From an uncultured archaeon (lineage in GTDB: Archaea; Asgardarchaeota; Thorarchaeia; Thorarchaeales; Thorarchaeaceae), in the NCBI GenBank assembly GCA_964590575.1, contig CAZPWM010000032.1:1-32120 (forward strand): a stretch of DNA of 32,120 nt, given 5' to 3'. How positions within the stretch are numbered: position 1 is the first letter of the stretch; each line of letters starts with the position of its first letter. Below are positions 1 through 9,933 of this stretch, piece after piece. The notes beneath the pieces are model-generated. The model did not search any database, was not told the DNA's origin, and saw only the letters and a list, made by a program, of their open reading frames with translations. A program made the position numbers and the translations under genes.

Positions 1-2
1 CA

Positions 3-1058
3 AGTCCCCTATCAACAGGTAGTGAAAAAGTGAGTGAAATTGGACTTACTGCATTTGATGTGACAGCACGCCGGAGAGTCGAACAAAGACTCAGAGATGA
101 GAGTGAGAGGGCTAATCTCTACATGGAGGTCATGAGTAGCGACCTAAACATGACAAATCAGAACGTGCTTTTCTCTTTGGAAGATCTCAGTATATCATTA
201 GATCTACCCGATCGTCTTCGAGGACTGCTAAGCGAAACTGCTTGGAGTTTACGTAGTGCAGGAAGAATGATAGCTAACATGGGTGTCTTGATATCCTTGA
301 GCCAAGCACCACCAAGTAAGATTCAGACTCGACTTCAACCCCACTTCAATAAGGCTGTTCGCGAGGCTACGCGAGACTTCGAATGGAAAACTCTCAAGAT
401 TAAGTCGAATATTCCGGAACAATCCTTTGATGTTGTTGGACATGCCTTCATGTGGTATATCTTCTTCAATATTATCCATTATTGCGCAAGTGAAGATCCA
501 AATCTGATAGTAGAGTTAGAGATTATCGCAGACATTACAGAGGATGGTGAAAATATCCGGATTGAATTTCTGGATCGTGGACCCGCTATACCCGATGAGC
601 TGAAGGATCAGATTTTCAGACGAACTGGAGGGCCTGAAGAACAGCTGGCTGGGAAGGGTCTTGGTTTGACAGTAGTTGACAAATATATCGAAAATCTGGG
701 TGGACGAGTTTGGGTTGAAGATAGAGACCCCTCTGACCCCTCTATGGGAAGCAAGTTCATTATTTTACTCCCTGCTTGGAAGGAAGAGCTTAAGATACCC
801 CCAATCATTTTCTACAAATCAGAACATTGCGTATTCTGTGGTCCTGTTCTGGAATCACTCACATTAGTCTTGAAGGAGATGAACATCAACCCAACAAATA
901 TTCATCTCATTAACGTTGACGATCCAGATTCAAAAATGCGCGAAGATGAGCTGCCAGCTCTTCCTACGATTCATATGGGCAAGAAACAGATTGCAGGTTT
1001 CATCTCTGAAGATGATCTGAGAGTGGAAGTATCCACTATGCTCCTGATGTCCAGTTGA
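3..1058 (+). CDS. 5'-truncated PAS/PAC + histidine-kinase-like (HATPase) protein with C-terminal thioredoxin-like CxxC domain
   Basis: Frame is open to the window edge (SPLSTGSEKVSEIGLTAFDVTARRRVE, a PAC-end signature). G1 box DRGPAI, G2 box GKGLGL, GGRVWVED...GSKFIILLP; C-terminal FYKSEHCVFCGP...ALPTI. Confidence 0.8.
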   Translation, partial: SPLSTGSEKVSEIGLTAFDVTARRRVEQRLRDESERANLYMEVMSSDLNMTNQNVLFSLEDLSISLDLPDRLRGLLSETAWSLRSAGRMIANMGVLISLSQAPPSKIQTRLQPHFNKAVREATRDFEWKTLKIKSNIPEQSFDVVGHAFMWYIFFNIIHYCASEDPNLIVELEIIADITEDGENIRIEFLDRGPAIPDELKDQIFRRTGGPEEQLAGKGLGLTVVDKYIENLGGRVWVEDRDPSDPSMGSKFIILLPAWKEELKIPPIIFYKSEHCVFCGPVLESLTLVLKEMNINPTNIHLINVDDPDSKMREDELPALPTIHMGKKQIAGFISEDDLRVEVSTMLLMSS

Positions 1059-1228
1059 TACCACATACTATTTTGGTGGCGTTGGAGCAACGACATCGTT
1101 ATCGTCCCGGATACCCATCTCTGCAACAAGTCCTAATCCAGAAAATCGCTCCTTTTAATCCATCGAGAATGGCAAAGATTTCGAACAGTGTAATTAAAGT
1201 GTGATAATCCTCCTGTCTATACTAAAAG

Positions 1229-1675
1229 GTGTATGAATTGGAATATTCACTTTATCCTATTGGTCATGTTGAGAAGAATAACGCAGGTATCTTCCTCGTC
1301 ATCAACCCTGAAATTTGGGATGCAACTGTGCATATTGATCTCTTTTCACATTTGATTATCTTATGGTGGATTCATGAACGTGACACTGAGGAAGATCGAA
1401 GCACTCTGATCTCATATCCTCCTAGAAACAAAGGGAAGGAAGCATCAGGTGTATTTTCATGTAGAACGCCCTCGCGACCAAATCCAGTTGGGCACACCAT
1501 TGTGAAACTTTTAGAGGTAGATGCAAAGAACTCAAGACTCAGAATTGACCATATTGATGCTAAACATGATTCGCCTATTATCGATATTAAACCATATCTC
1601 CCTTCATCTGATAGGGTGGATGATTCGAGAGTTGCCCCATGGTTCTTGGATCTTAAACCTCGATATACCTCGTAA
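1229..1675 (+). CDS. trmO: TrmO/TsaA (UPF0066) family SAM-binding tRNA methyltransferase
   Basis: Motifs PIGHV, FSHLIILWW, GVFSCRTPSRPNPVG, IDAKHDSPIIDIKPY; GTG start. Confidence 0.85.
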   Translation: MYELEYSLYPIGHVEKNNAGIFLVINPEIWDATVHIDLFSHLIILWWIHERDTEEDRSTLISYPPRNKGKEASGVFSCRTPSRPNPVGHTIVKLLEVDAKNSRLRIDHIDAKHDSPIIDIKPYLPSSDRVDDSRVAPWFLDLKPRYTS

Positions 1676-1928
1676 TCATTTTGTTTCTTCAATATAATAC
1701 TTGAGAAGGTCGTTCATTGATTTGTTTCAAAGCGATAAATTATAGCACGGTATGCACCCACTCAGAATTGTCAGTCCTGGATTTATTGCATAGAACTGGT
1801 AAACGAGAACGTGGACCGATTGGCAAGGACTTACTCAGGAATTCATCTGCTCAGGAATATGGTTTGATTGAAACGGCATTAAGCAACATGCAAGAAACAA
1901 TTTAACACTGAGGATAGGGGAGTCACAA

Positions 1929-2963
1929 TTATCTGGTCATGGGATACTTGCCTTGATTCTTTGCGGAATCAATCATTGCTCTGATATTATCACTTGGACA
2001 AGTGGGGGGAACATCACATCCCGGTGCAAGTACAAACGCTCCTTCAAAACCTCCAGTAGCCATAGCTTCGACGCTAGCCTTTTCCACGGTTTCCGGAGTC
2101 CCATTCATGAGGACGCCTGTAGGGTCAATATTACCAACAAGTGCAGTCCTATCAATGACTTCACGAGCTGCAGACATGTCCACCATTGAGTCGATGCTTA
2201 TCCCATCTGCACCTGTATTAGCCATATCTTCAATAATGGGCATAGTATCCCCACATATATGGAACACAGCTTTTGCCCCCTTCTTATGTATCCAATCCAC
2301 AAGCGACTTGTCAAATGGCCAGAAGAATTTTCGATACATCCTCGGTGAGATGAGGTCCGGAGAACCTGGTGATGATGAGAAATCAAGAACATCGATGCCT
2401 AATTCCAATACTGGTTCAACGGCTGCTTTGAAAGCATCAACGCTGAACCTGAAGAGGTCTTCAACAAATTCAGGGTCTTCAATCAAGCATTCCATTAAGA
2501 ATTCGGTTTCAACAATCCTGGCAGCATTGGACAAAGGTCCAGTAGTCATATACCAAACCGCACGCGAACTACCTAGCTGTTCAATAAGTTGCTTTGCATG
2601 CATTGTTGAGGCTTGAATTGACTTGTCCTTCAGAGGATTCAGCTTTTCAAGCTTGTCGAGGTCTGAAGGACTAGTTACTGCTGGTTTCTTGAGAAGGGGA
2701 AACCCAATCTTCGGGAATTTCCATTCCGTCCCATAATATGATGGTATAATTGTTGAGCTGAGACTTGGTACTACCGCATCCGCTCCAAATTCTTTATCAA
2801 ATCTGCACCATGTATCCGTCATCAAATCAGGATCTTGATATGCAGTTGAGAGTTCTATGCCGTAGTTGCTAAATACCCATGCGGATGATACTATTGCTAC
2901 TGGAACTCGTTCCGGTGTTTCTCCAGATAGTGCAGACAGAATGAGGTCTTTGGATGACTCCAT
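1929..2963 (-). CDS. UroD/MtaA-family methylcobamide:thiol methyltransferase
   Basis: GETPERVPV, TGPLS, Zn motif FHICG, ADGISID, LVGNIDP, LAPGCDVP; adjacent to a corrinoid protein gene. Confidence 0.85.
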   Translation of the reverse strand: MESSKDLILSALSGETPERVPVAIVSSAWVFSNYGIELSTAYQDPDLMTDTWCRFDKEFGADAVVPSLSSTIIPSYYGTEWKFPKIGFPLLKKPAVTSPSDLDKLEKLNPLKDKSIQASTMHAKQLIEQLGSSRAVWYMTTGPLSNAARIVETEFLMECLIEDPEFVEDLFRFSVDAFKAAVEPVLELGIDVLDFSSSPGSPDLISPRMYRKFFWPFDKSLVDWIHKKGAKAVFHICGDTMPIIEDMANTGADGISIDSMVDMSAAREVIDRTALVGNIDPTGVLMNGTPETVEKASVEAMATGGFEGAFVLAPGCDVPPTCPSDNIRAMIDSAKNQGKYPMTR

Positions 2964-3605
2964 TCATTCCCCCTCCATTAAACGGATTGCGACATCTACA
3001 GCATCTTTTGCATCTTTGCCATAACCATCTGCTCCAATCTTCTCCGCATAATCCTCAGTTACAGGACCTCCTCCAACCATCACCTTTGCTCTAATGCCCT
3101 CAGCCTTGGTGAGATTTACAACATCCTTCATTCCTAACATTGAGGTTGTCATCAATGCGGAAACACCGATGATGTCTGCATCATTGTCCTTCGCAGCTTT
3201 AACAAACTCCTTTGCGGGCACGTCTGCACCGAGATCAATAATATTGAAACCCGCAGCTTCAAGCATGGTGGCAACTAAGTTCTTACCAATCGTGTGGATG
3301 TCTCCTTCGCATACACCAATGATAACTGTTCCACCTGCTTTTTTGTCCATCTCTTCAAGATACGGTCGAAGAACCTCCATTGCAGCCTCAAAGGCTTTCG
3401 CAGACATGAGAATTTCCGGTACAAAATATTCTCCCTTTTGATATAGGACTCCTACCTCTGACATAGCTGGAGCACAAACTTGGATAATAATCTCATATGC
3501 CTCCATGCCTGATTTTAGAAGATCATTCACCAACTCAGGTACTAATTTCCTCTTTCCACTAATTATCTCACTCTTGAGTTTGAATTTTTTCTCCTCATTG
3601 TTCAA
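2964..3605 (-). CDS. Corrinoid (B12-binding) methyl-carrier protein, MtaC/MttC-like
   Basis: Cap domain (MSEVGVLYQKGEYFVPE), DxHxxG motif GDIHTIGKNLV, SALMTT, VMVGGGPV, IGADGY; TTG start with GAGG SD. Confidence 0.92.
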   Translation of the reverse strand: MNNEEKKFKLKSEIISGKRKLVPELVNDLLKSGMEAYEIIIQVCAPAMSEVGVLYQKGEYFVPEILMSAKAFEAAMEVLRPYLEEMDKKAGGTVIIGVCEGDIHTIGKNLVATMLEAAGFNIIDLGADVPAKEFVKAAKDNDADIIGVSALMTTSMLGMKDVVNLTKAEGIRAKVMVGGGPVTEDYAEKIGADGYGKDAKDAVDVAIRLMEGE

Positions 3606-3774
3606 AGATATCGCCTCTAATCCCGACTGCTAAAAGAATCAGCCTTTTATCTGGTTCGAATCAAATATCTGAAATCTTTCATATTGTAACTGAATTTTAT
3701 GAAATGAACGATTCTCACTGCTTCTAATCTACAAGTATTTTATTAGTCCGCTCGACACCATTGCATCAAGGTCT

Positions 3775-4800
3775 ATGAAGATGAATGAAACATCATATGA
3801 CATTGTGAAAAACACTCTTCAATTCCAAGAACCAGACAGAATTCCAACAATCCCTATTGTAGGATTATATTCTTTAAACATCAGTAGCCTATCCTCACAC
3901 GAGATTCTTCATGATGCACAGAAACAAGCAAAATCGCAGATTACGTGTCAGTCTAGATTCGGTTATGATGGAATTTTCAATGTGATGGACCTGAGCGTGG
4001 AGGCTCAAGCTCTGGGTGCTGAAGTTGAGTTTCCTGCAAGAGCATTTCCCTACTTGAAAAGTCATCCACTAAAAGATCCTGAGAGATTCGAGGATATTCT
4101 TCCTTTGGAAGTTAAATCTACGAGACTATCTGTTTTCATAGACTCAATCAGACTAATCGCAGAGAAAGTCAAGAGTAATTTGTATATCAACAGCTACGTG
4201 ATTGGTCCCTTTACGCTTGCTGGTCATCTCTTTGGCATTGATAACCTCATGGAGCATACACTAGAGGATGAAGAAACTACAGCGTCACTGGTTGCTCATT
4301 GTGCAAAGCTAGTTGAACCCTATATTGAAGCCCAAGTTGTTGCTGGGACAGATAACATTGTGATTCTCGAACCAAGTGCTAGTAGTAGTTTAATTTCACC
4401 CAAGTTCTTTACAATGTTCTCTTTTCAGAATGTCAAATCATTAGTATCACGAATCCATAGTTTGGGTGTAGGTGCAACCCTCCATATCTGCGGACGGACA
4501 TCAAAGATACTTGAGATGATGTGTGAAACCGGGGCGGATGTTCTCAGCATTGACTCGCATGTTAACATTTCAGAAGCAAAGGAATTACTCAAGGACAATG
4601 TGTGTCTTATGGGAAATGTGGATACAACACTCATGGTTAATGGAACTCCAAATGATATGGAATCAGCAGTTGACCAGTGCATTGCAATGGCGGGTAATGG
4701 TCGTGGGTTTATCTTGAGCACAAGCTGTGATACACCTATCGAGGTACCTGAAGATAATTTGGTATCACTCGTAAACGCTTCTATGAACCATCGTTATTAA
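3775..4800 (+). CDS. Second UroD/MtaA-family methyltransferase
   Basis: PDRIP, DLSVEAQALGA, IGPFTLA, LHICG, LMGNVD, FILSTSCD. Confidence 0.85.
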   Translation: MKMNETSYDIVKNTLQFQEPDRIPTIPIVGLYSLNISSLSSHEILHDAQKQAKSQITCQSRFGYDGIFNVMDLSVEAQALGAEVEFPARAFPYLKSHPLKDPERFEDILPLEVKSTRLSVFIDSIRLIAEKVKSNLYINSYVIGPFTLAGHLFGIDNLMEHTLEDEETTASLVAHCAKLVEPYIEAQVVAGTDNIVILEPSASSSLISPKFFTMFSFQNVKSLVSRIHSLGVGATLHICGRTSKILEMMCETGADVLSIDSHVNISEAKELLKDNVCLMGNVDTTLMVNGTPNDMESAVDQCIAMAGNGRGFILSTSCDTPIEVPEDNLVSLVNASMNHRY

Positions 4801-4938
4801 ACGATAGTACTGTCTGTAACAGAACACTTGCAATTTACTAAAATAAGGAACTATTCATAAGTTGTAGCTGGCAACGGTGCTATATTCGAGACAAAAAATC
4901 GCGGATTAAGTGCATTATGAAAACCGAGGTCTAGTCCT

Positions 4939-6813
4939 TTGAATGACACTATCAAGACTCTTGAACAAGCATTGACCGATGCAAACCTCAGAAAGCTCCT
5001 AGCAATTCCAAATAGGAGAGTTCACAGGTTTGTGGCTGACGCAATCCAGCTGTGCAAACCCATGAAGGTATTTGTCTGTAATGATTCAAAGATGGACACG
5101 GAGTATATACGAAGGACTGCAATCGCTCGTGGAGAAGAAACCCCGCTTGCCAATCCGTACCACACGGTGCACTTTGATGGTTTTCATGATCAAGCACGTG
5201 ATAAAGAACGTACTGTTTACCTTGTCCCAAAGGGCGAGAATTTAGGTGATCAGCTCACCCAGATGGACAGAGAGAAGGGTCTAGAAATTGTACATGATCG
5301 ATTAGACGGGAGTATGGACAACAAGAAAATGGTTGTTCGATTCTTCTGTCTTGGACCATTGGACTCACCATTTTCAATACCAGTAATTCAAATCACCGAT
5401 TCTTTCTATGTCGCACACAGTGAAGACCTGCTCTATCGACGTGGCTATGATTATTTCAGACGATTACCTGATGACAAGGAAATTTTCTGGATGCTTCACT
5501 CATCTGGAAAATTGATTCACTCAGTGAGTACAGACTGGAAGAAACGCGGAGTTATGATTGACTACATAGACAATACTGTGTACAGTGTGAATACACAGTA
5601 TGCTGGCAACACAATAGGTCTCAAGAAACTCGCACTACGACTTGCAATCCGAAAAGCTGACCATGAGGGATGGCTTGCCGAGCACATGTTTCTAATGGCA
5701 GTTCATGGACCTTCAAACCGGAGAACGTATTTCGCAGGTGCCTATCCCTCAGGTTGTGGAAAAACTAGTACTTCAATGGTTCGGGGAAACACTATTGTTG
5801 GAGATGACCTTACCTACCTACGAATCCTGGACGGTAAGATCAGAGCTGTTAATGTCGAACGGGGTATATTTGGAATCATTCGTTCGGTGACGCAGAAGGA
5901 TGACCCTGTGATTTGGGATGTTCTTCACTCAAATCAGCCAGCAATCTTCTCCAATGTGCTCATTACTGGGGATGAAACACCTCGCTGGCTAGAAGACGGT
6001 ATTGAACCTCCTGGAAGTGGTACGAATTTTTCTGGAGATTGGTTTCCCGGGAAAGTAGATCGTAATGGCGAAGAGATACCTTATGCACACAAGAACGCTC
6101 GGTATACAATCGGATTAGAGGGTCTCTCAAATCTTGATGATACTCTGGATGACCCCTGTGGTGTTGAGGTTGGCGGTATTATCTATGGTGGTCGAGACAA
6201 AGATACATGGGTGCCTGTTCAACAATCACTTGATTGGAATCATGGTGTGGTTACCATGGGCGCTAGTCTTGAATCAGAGTCTACAGCTGCAACACTTGGA
6301 CCTAGCGGTATCAGAAACTTCCAACCATTTTCCAATCTTGATTTCATTTCAATTCCTCTTGGTAAGTATATCCAAAATCATCTAGATTTTGGAAAAGATA
6401 ACAAGCAGAGCCCTCTGATTTTTTCGGTTAATTATTTCCTGAAAAATGATGAGGGTGACTTCGTTTCTGATAAGTTGGATAAAACAGTCTGGCTTAAATG
6501 GATGGAACTCCGAGTTCACGGAGAAGTTGATGCAATCAAAACTCCAACTGGTTATATCCCCATATTCGAGGACCTGCGGGAGCTATTTCTCTTTCATCTT
6601 GGTAAAGACTACACTCGCGAGGAGTACAATATCCAGTTCACAATCCGCGTACCAGAGCTACTAGAAAAGATTGGTCGAATCGAGAGGATCCATAGGGAAA
6701 CAGTATCTGACACACCTCAAGTGTTGTTTGATATTCTCGACGATCAACGTTTTCGCTTGCTTGAAATTCAGAAAAAACATGGTGATTGTATATCACCTAC
6801 TGTATTTGTTTAA
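4939..6813 (+). CDS. pckG: Phosphoenolpyruvate carboxykinase (GTP), archaeal type
   Basis: YAGNTIGLKK, WLAEHM, AYPSGCGKTS, VGDD, NARYT, IIYGGR; TTG start after GAGGT. Confidence 0.93.
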   Translation: MNDTIKTLEQALTDANLRKLLAIPNRRVHRFVADAIQLCKPMKVFVCNDSKMDTEYIRRTAIARGEETPLANPYHTVHFDGFHDQARDKERTVYLVPKGENLGDQLTQMDREKGLEIVHDRLDGSMDNKKMVVRFFCLGPLDSPFSIPVIQITDSFYVAHSEDLLYRRGYDYFRRLPDDKEIFWMLHSSGKLIHSVSTDWKKRGVMIDYIDNTVYSVNTQYAGNTIGLKKLALRLAIRKADHEGWLAEHMFLMAVHGPSNRRTYFAGAYPSGCGKTSTSMVRGNTIVGDDLTYLRILDGKIRAVNVERGIFGIIRSVTQKDDPVIWDVLHSNQPAIFSNVLITGDETPRWLEDGIEPPGSGTNFSGDWFPGKVDRNGEEIPYAHKNARYTIGLEGLSNLDDTLDDPCGVEVGGIIYGGRDKDTWVPVQQSLDWNHGVVTMGASLESESTAATLGPSGIRNFQPFSNLDFISIPLGKYIQNHLDFGKDNKQSPLIFSVNYFLKNDEGDFVSDKLDKTVWLKWMELRVHGEVDAIKTPTGYIPIFEDLRELFLFHLGKDYTREEYNIQFTIRVPELLEKIGRIERIHRETVSDTPQVLFDILDDQRFRLLEIQKKHGDCISPTVFV

Positions 6814-7168
6814 ACATCTATGAGATAAAAAGTTTCAAATTGTAATCGTGATTCTTACGTGTTGAAAAAAGCAAAATCAGTAATTAGTTACAAAACTTTC
6901 TTTTTCATTCATTTTCACTCGATATATGTAAGAAATTGATACTATTTAATTTATAGCCTATCGTTGTCATACTCAACAAGCATATAGTCACCTATTATTG
7001 TCGCTAACACACCAAGGTCTTGGCGATTATCATTGAAATCCTCTCAATTTACGTTGAATTCATCCCTGGATAAATGGAGCAACGAGAGAGTGGTGGAAAT
7101 GCCTCTTATAGAAAGGTTGCTAGACCTATCCATAACGAGATTTGAGTGGTCGTTACGGAGGAAGGCAG

Positions 7169-9916
7169 ATGACTACTGAAAGACAGCCCAAATCAAGTAC
7201 TATCGGTACTAAAAACAGTATCAAATCCAATGAAGCCCTCGTCGTTGGTGGCGGAGTTGCTGGCATGCAGGCAGCACTTGATATTGCTAATCAGGGATTC
7301 AAGGTTACCCTCCTTGAGCAGACACCCTCGATTGGTGGCCGCATGGCAATGATCGATAAAACATTTCCCACACTGGACTGTAGCGCGTGCATACTTACGC
7401 CAAAGCTCAGTGAGGTATCAAGGCACCCGAACATCGACCTGGTCACTTATGCAGAAATCAAATCTGTTCATGGGGCGACCGGTGACTTTAGGGTCCGGGT
7501 CCACAAACATTCTCGCTATGTGGATGAGGACAAGTGTTCTGGCTGCGGTGACTGTATTCCAGTCTGCCCAATAGAGGTGCCAAATGAGTTCGACCAAGGA
7601 CTCGGCTTTCGAAAAGCAATCTACACACCTTTCCCACAAGCAACTCCAAATGTTGTAACTGTTGACAAGAAGGGTGAACCTGCTTGTAGAGCAACATGTC
7701 CTGCGGAGGTCAACGCACAAGGTTTTGTTACTATGATGAGACATGGGAAAATGGATGAGGCTCTTGAAATTGTTCGTAGATCCATCCCATTCCCCGGAGT
7801 TTTGGGCCGCGTCTGCATCAGCTTCTGTGAGGCTGAGTGTGAGCGGGGAATGCATGATGAGAGCATCAGCATCCGAAATCTCCATAGGTTCCTAGCAGAT
7901 TATGAACGAGCACATGGTGCAGCTCCAGTAGAGTCCAAGATTGATAAAAAAGAACGAGTGGCTGTCGTCGGTGGAGGTCCTGGAGGGATTAGTTGTGCGT
8001 ACCATCTTGCACGGATGGGCTATCCTGTTACAATTTTCGAGGCTCGGGAAAAAGCTGGAGGCATGCTCAGATATGCAATTCCTGAATATCGTCTACCACG
8101 CGAAATTCTAGATGAAGAAATCCAGCGCGTTGTTGACATGGGTGTCAAGATTAAGACAAAGACATTAGTGAAGTCTATCCATGATTTGAAGGAGAAGGGC
8201 TTCAAGGCAGTATTCGTTGCTACAGGTGCTTGGCAGAGTAATAAACTTGGAATTGCTGGTGAGGAGTCAGAGGGTGTTGTGCATGCTATCGAATTCCTTG
8301 AGAATGTGAACAGCGGAAAAAGAGTAGATGTTGGAAATAGAGTAGCAGTCATCGGAGGCGGTGATGCTGCTATCGATTCTGCTCGAACTGCAATTAGGCT
8401 CGGAGCCAAAGAAGTGACTCTCATCTACAGACGTTCTCACATCGAACTCCCTGCTATTCCAAGCGAAGTTGACGACGCCAAGGAAGAAGGCATCAAGTTC
8501 ATGCTTCTTACATCTCCAACAGAGATACTCTCCTCCAAGGGGAGAATCACTGGTTTGAGATGCATGAAAATGCGATTGGGTGAGCCCGACCACTCTGGTC
8601 GAAGACGGCCCGTTCCAATTCCAAACTCTGAGTTCACAATGGCAATTGATGAGATGATTGTCGCTATCGGTCAATCAACAGATCCGCGTGGAGTCCAGAC
8701 TGACCTCAAGTGCTCTGAATGGGCTACTGTAACAGCTGACCCAATCACACTAGAAACCAGTGAGCCTGGTGTCTTCGCTGGTGGTGATGTTGTCCTTGGA
8801 CCATTAACTGTTGTCAAAGCTGTTGGTCATGGAAAAGAGGCTGCATATTCTATAGATCGTTACATTCGTGGTATCGACCTTCGAGAGGGTCGTATCAAGG
8901 AACGTCATCGTGTCCAGTCTTATGAAGTCGATAAGAAGGGTATACCTTTCGAGAATCGAGCCTCCATGCCTAAACAGGGCATCAACAGCCGGAAACGCGG
9001 GTTCACTGAGGTTGAGTTGGGCTTTAATGAAGCAATAGCTGCTGCTGAAGCTGAACGTTGCTTGGGCTGCGCAGTGTGTTGTGAATGTGAGCGTTGTGTT
9101 GAAGCATGCACACGTGAAGCAATAAACCACCATATGAACGATGAGGTAATCGACCTTCACGTGGGTGCAATAATTCTGGCGACAGGTTATCGCCTTTTCA
9201 ATGTTGAAGAGTACCCACAGTTTGGTTATGGTAGACTACCCAATGTAATTCATGCCCTGGAGTACGAACGACTCATCAATGCAGCAGGACCAACTCAGGG
9301 TCATCTTGTCCGACTCACCGATGGAAAGGTGCCACAGAGTATTGGCTTTATTCAGTGTGTTGGTGCTCGTGACGTGCAGAAGGGAGTTCCTTACTGTAGT
9401 CGTGTTTGTTGCATGTATGGCATTAAAAACGCAGTTATGGCTAAAGAACACAGTCCTGACACCGAGGTCACTATCTATTATGCTGATATTCGCGCTTTTG
9501 GCAAGGGATTTGAAGAGTTCTATGAGATGGCTCGAACTCGGTTTGGAGTTAAGTTCATTCGAGGTCGTGTTGCAGAGGTCAATGAAGACAAGGAAACTGA
9601 CTCACTGATGGTACGTTTCGAAGACACTGAGACTGGAGAACTGCAAGAGGTCCATCATGACCTGATTGTGATTAGCCCAGGTGTCCAACCCCCTGAGGGT
9701 CTCGAGGACATCGCAGTGGAACTCAACATGGACCTCTCTGAAGAAGGATACGTCACAGTGGAAGACTTGGTTATCAGACCAGTTGACACTTCCATTGATG
9801 GTGTGTTTGTCTGTGGTTGTGCAGATGGTCCAAAGGACATTCCTGATTCTGTGTCAGCGGGAAGTGCTGCAGCAATGAGAGCTACAATCATTCTATCGAA
9901 AGTTGATGAAAATTAA
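7169..9916 (+). CDS. hdrA: HdrA-family flavoprotein with inserted GltD/NfnB-like NAD(P)H oxidoreductase module (HdrL-type)
   Basis: ATG 7169 after GGAGG preferred over TTG 7142. VVGGGVAG, KTFPTLDCSAC, ferredoxin CSGCGDC; insert with CRATCP, CEAECERG, GGGPGG, GGGDAAID, YRRS, FAGGD; then CVGAR..CSRVCC and GPKDIPDSV. Confidence 0.9.
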   Translation: MTTERQPKSSTIGTKNSIKSNEALVVGGGVAGMQAALDIANQGFKVTLLEQTPSIGGRMAMIDKTFPTLDCSACILTPKLSEVSRHPNIDLVTYAEIKSVHGATGDFRVRVHKHSRYVDEDKCSGCGDCIPVCPIEVPNEFDQGLGFRKAIYTPFPQATPNVVTVDKKGEPACRATCPAEVNAQGFVTMMRHGKMDEALEIVRRSIPFPGVLGRVCISFCEAECERGMHDESISIRNLHRFLADYERAHGAAPVESKIDKKERVAVVGGGPGGISCAYHLARMGYPVTIFEAREKAGGMLRYAIPEYRLPREILDEEIQRVVDMGVKIKTKTLVKSIHDLKEKGFKAVFVATGAWQSNKLGIAGEESEGVVHAIEFLENVNSGKRVDVGNRVAVIGGGDAAIDSARTAIRLGAKEVTLIYRRSHIELPAIPSEVDDAKEEGIKFMLLTSPTEILSSKGRITGLRCMKMRLGEPDHSGRRRPVPIPNSEFTMAIDEMIVAIGQSTDPRGVQTDLKCSEWATVTADPITLETSEPGVFAGGDVVLGPLTVVKAVGHGKEAAYSIDRYIRGIDLREGRIKERHRVQSYEVDKKGIPFENRASMPKQGINSRKRGFTEVELGFNEAIAAAEAERCLGCAVCCECERCVEACTREAINHHMNDEVIDLHVGAIILATGYRLFNVEEYPQFGYGRLPNVIHALEYERLINAAGPTQGHLVRLTDGKVPQSIGFIQCVGARDVQKGVPYCSRVCCMYGIKNAVMAKEHSPDTEVTIYYADIRAFGKGFEEFYEMARTRFGVKFIRGRVAEVNEDKETDSLMVRFEDTETGELQEVHHDLIVISPGVQPPEGLEDIAVELNMDLSEEGYVTVEDLVIRPVDTSIDGVFVCGCADGPKDIPDSVSAGSAAAMRATIILSKVDEN

Positions 9917-9933
9917 ATGGGACGTGGTAAAAT

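Noticed and set aside
1717-1905. 62-aa ORF or gene remnant between trmO and the methyltransferase
   Set aside because: TTG start, no SD, no recognisable motif; the short CTCAGGAAT duplication is compatible with chance.
2002-2616. Long antisense ORFs (also 13748-14164, 16622-17134, 25799-26413, 29907-30410)
   Set aside because: Ser/Thr-rich shadow frames opposite conserved genes.
1929-4800. Pyrrolysine (TAG) readthrough methyltransferase
   Set aside because: No MttB/MtbB/MtmB-like frame with an in-frame TAG; all three genes are uninterrupted.
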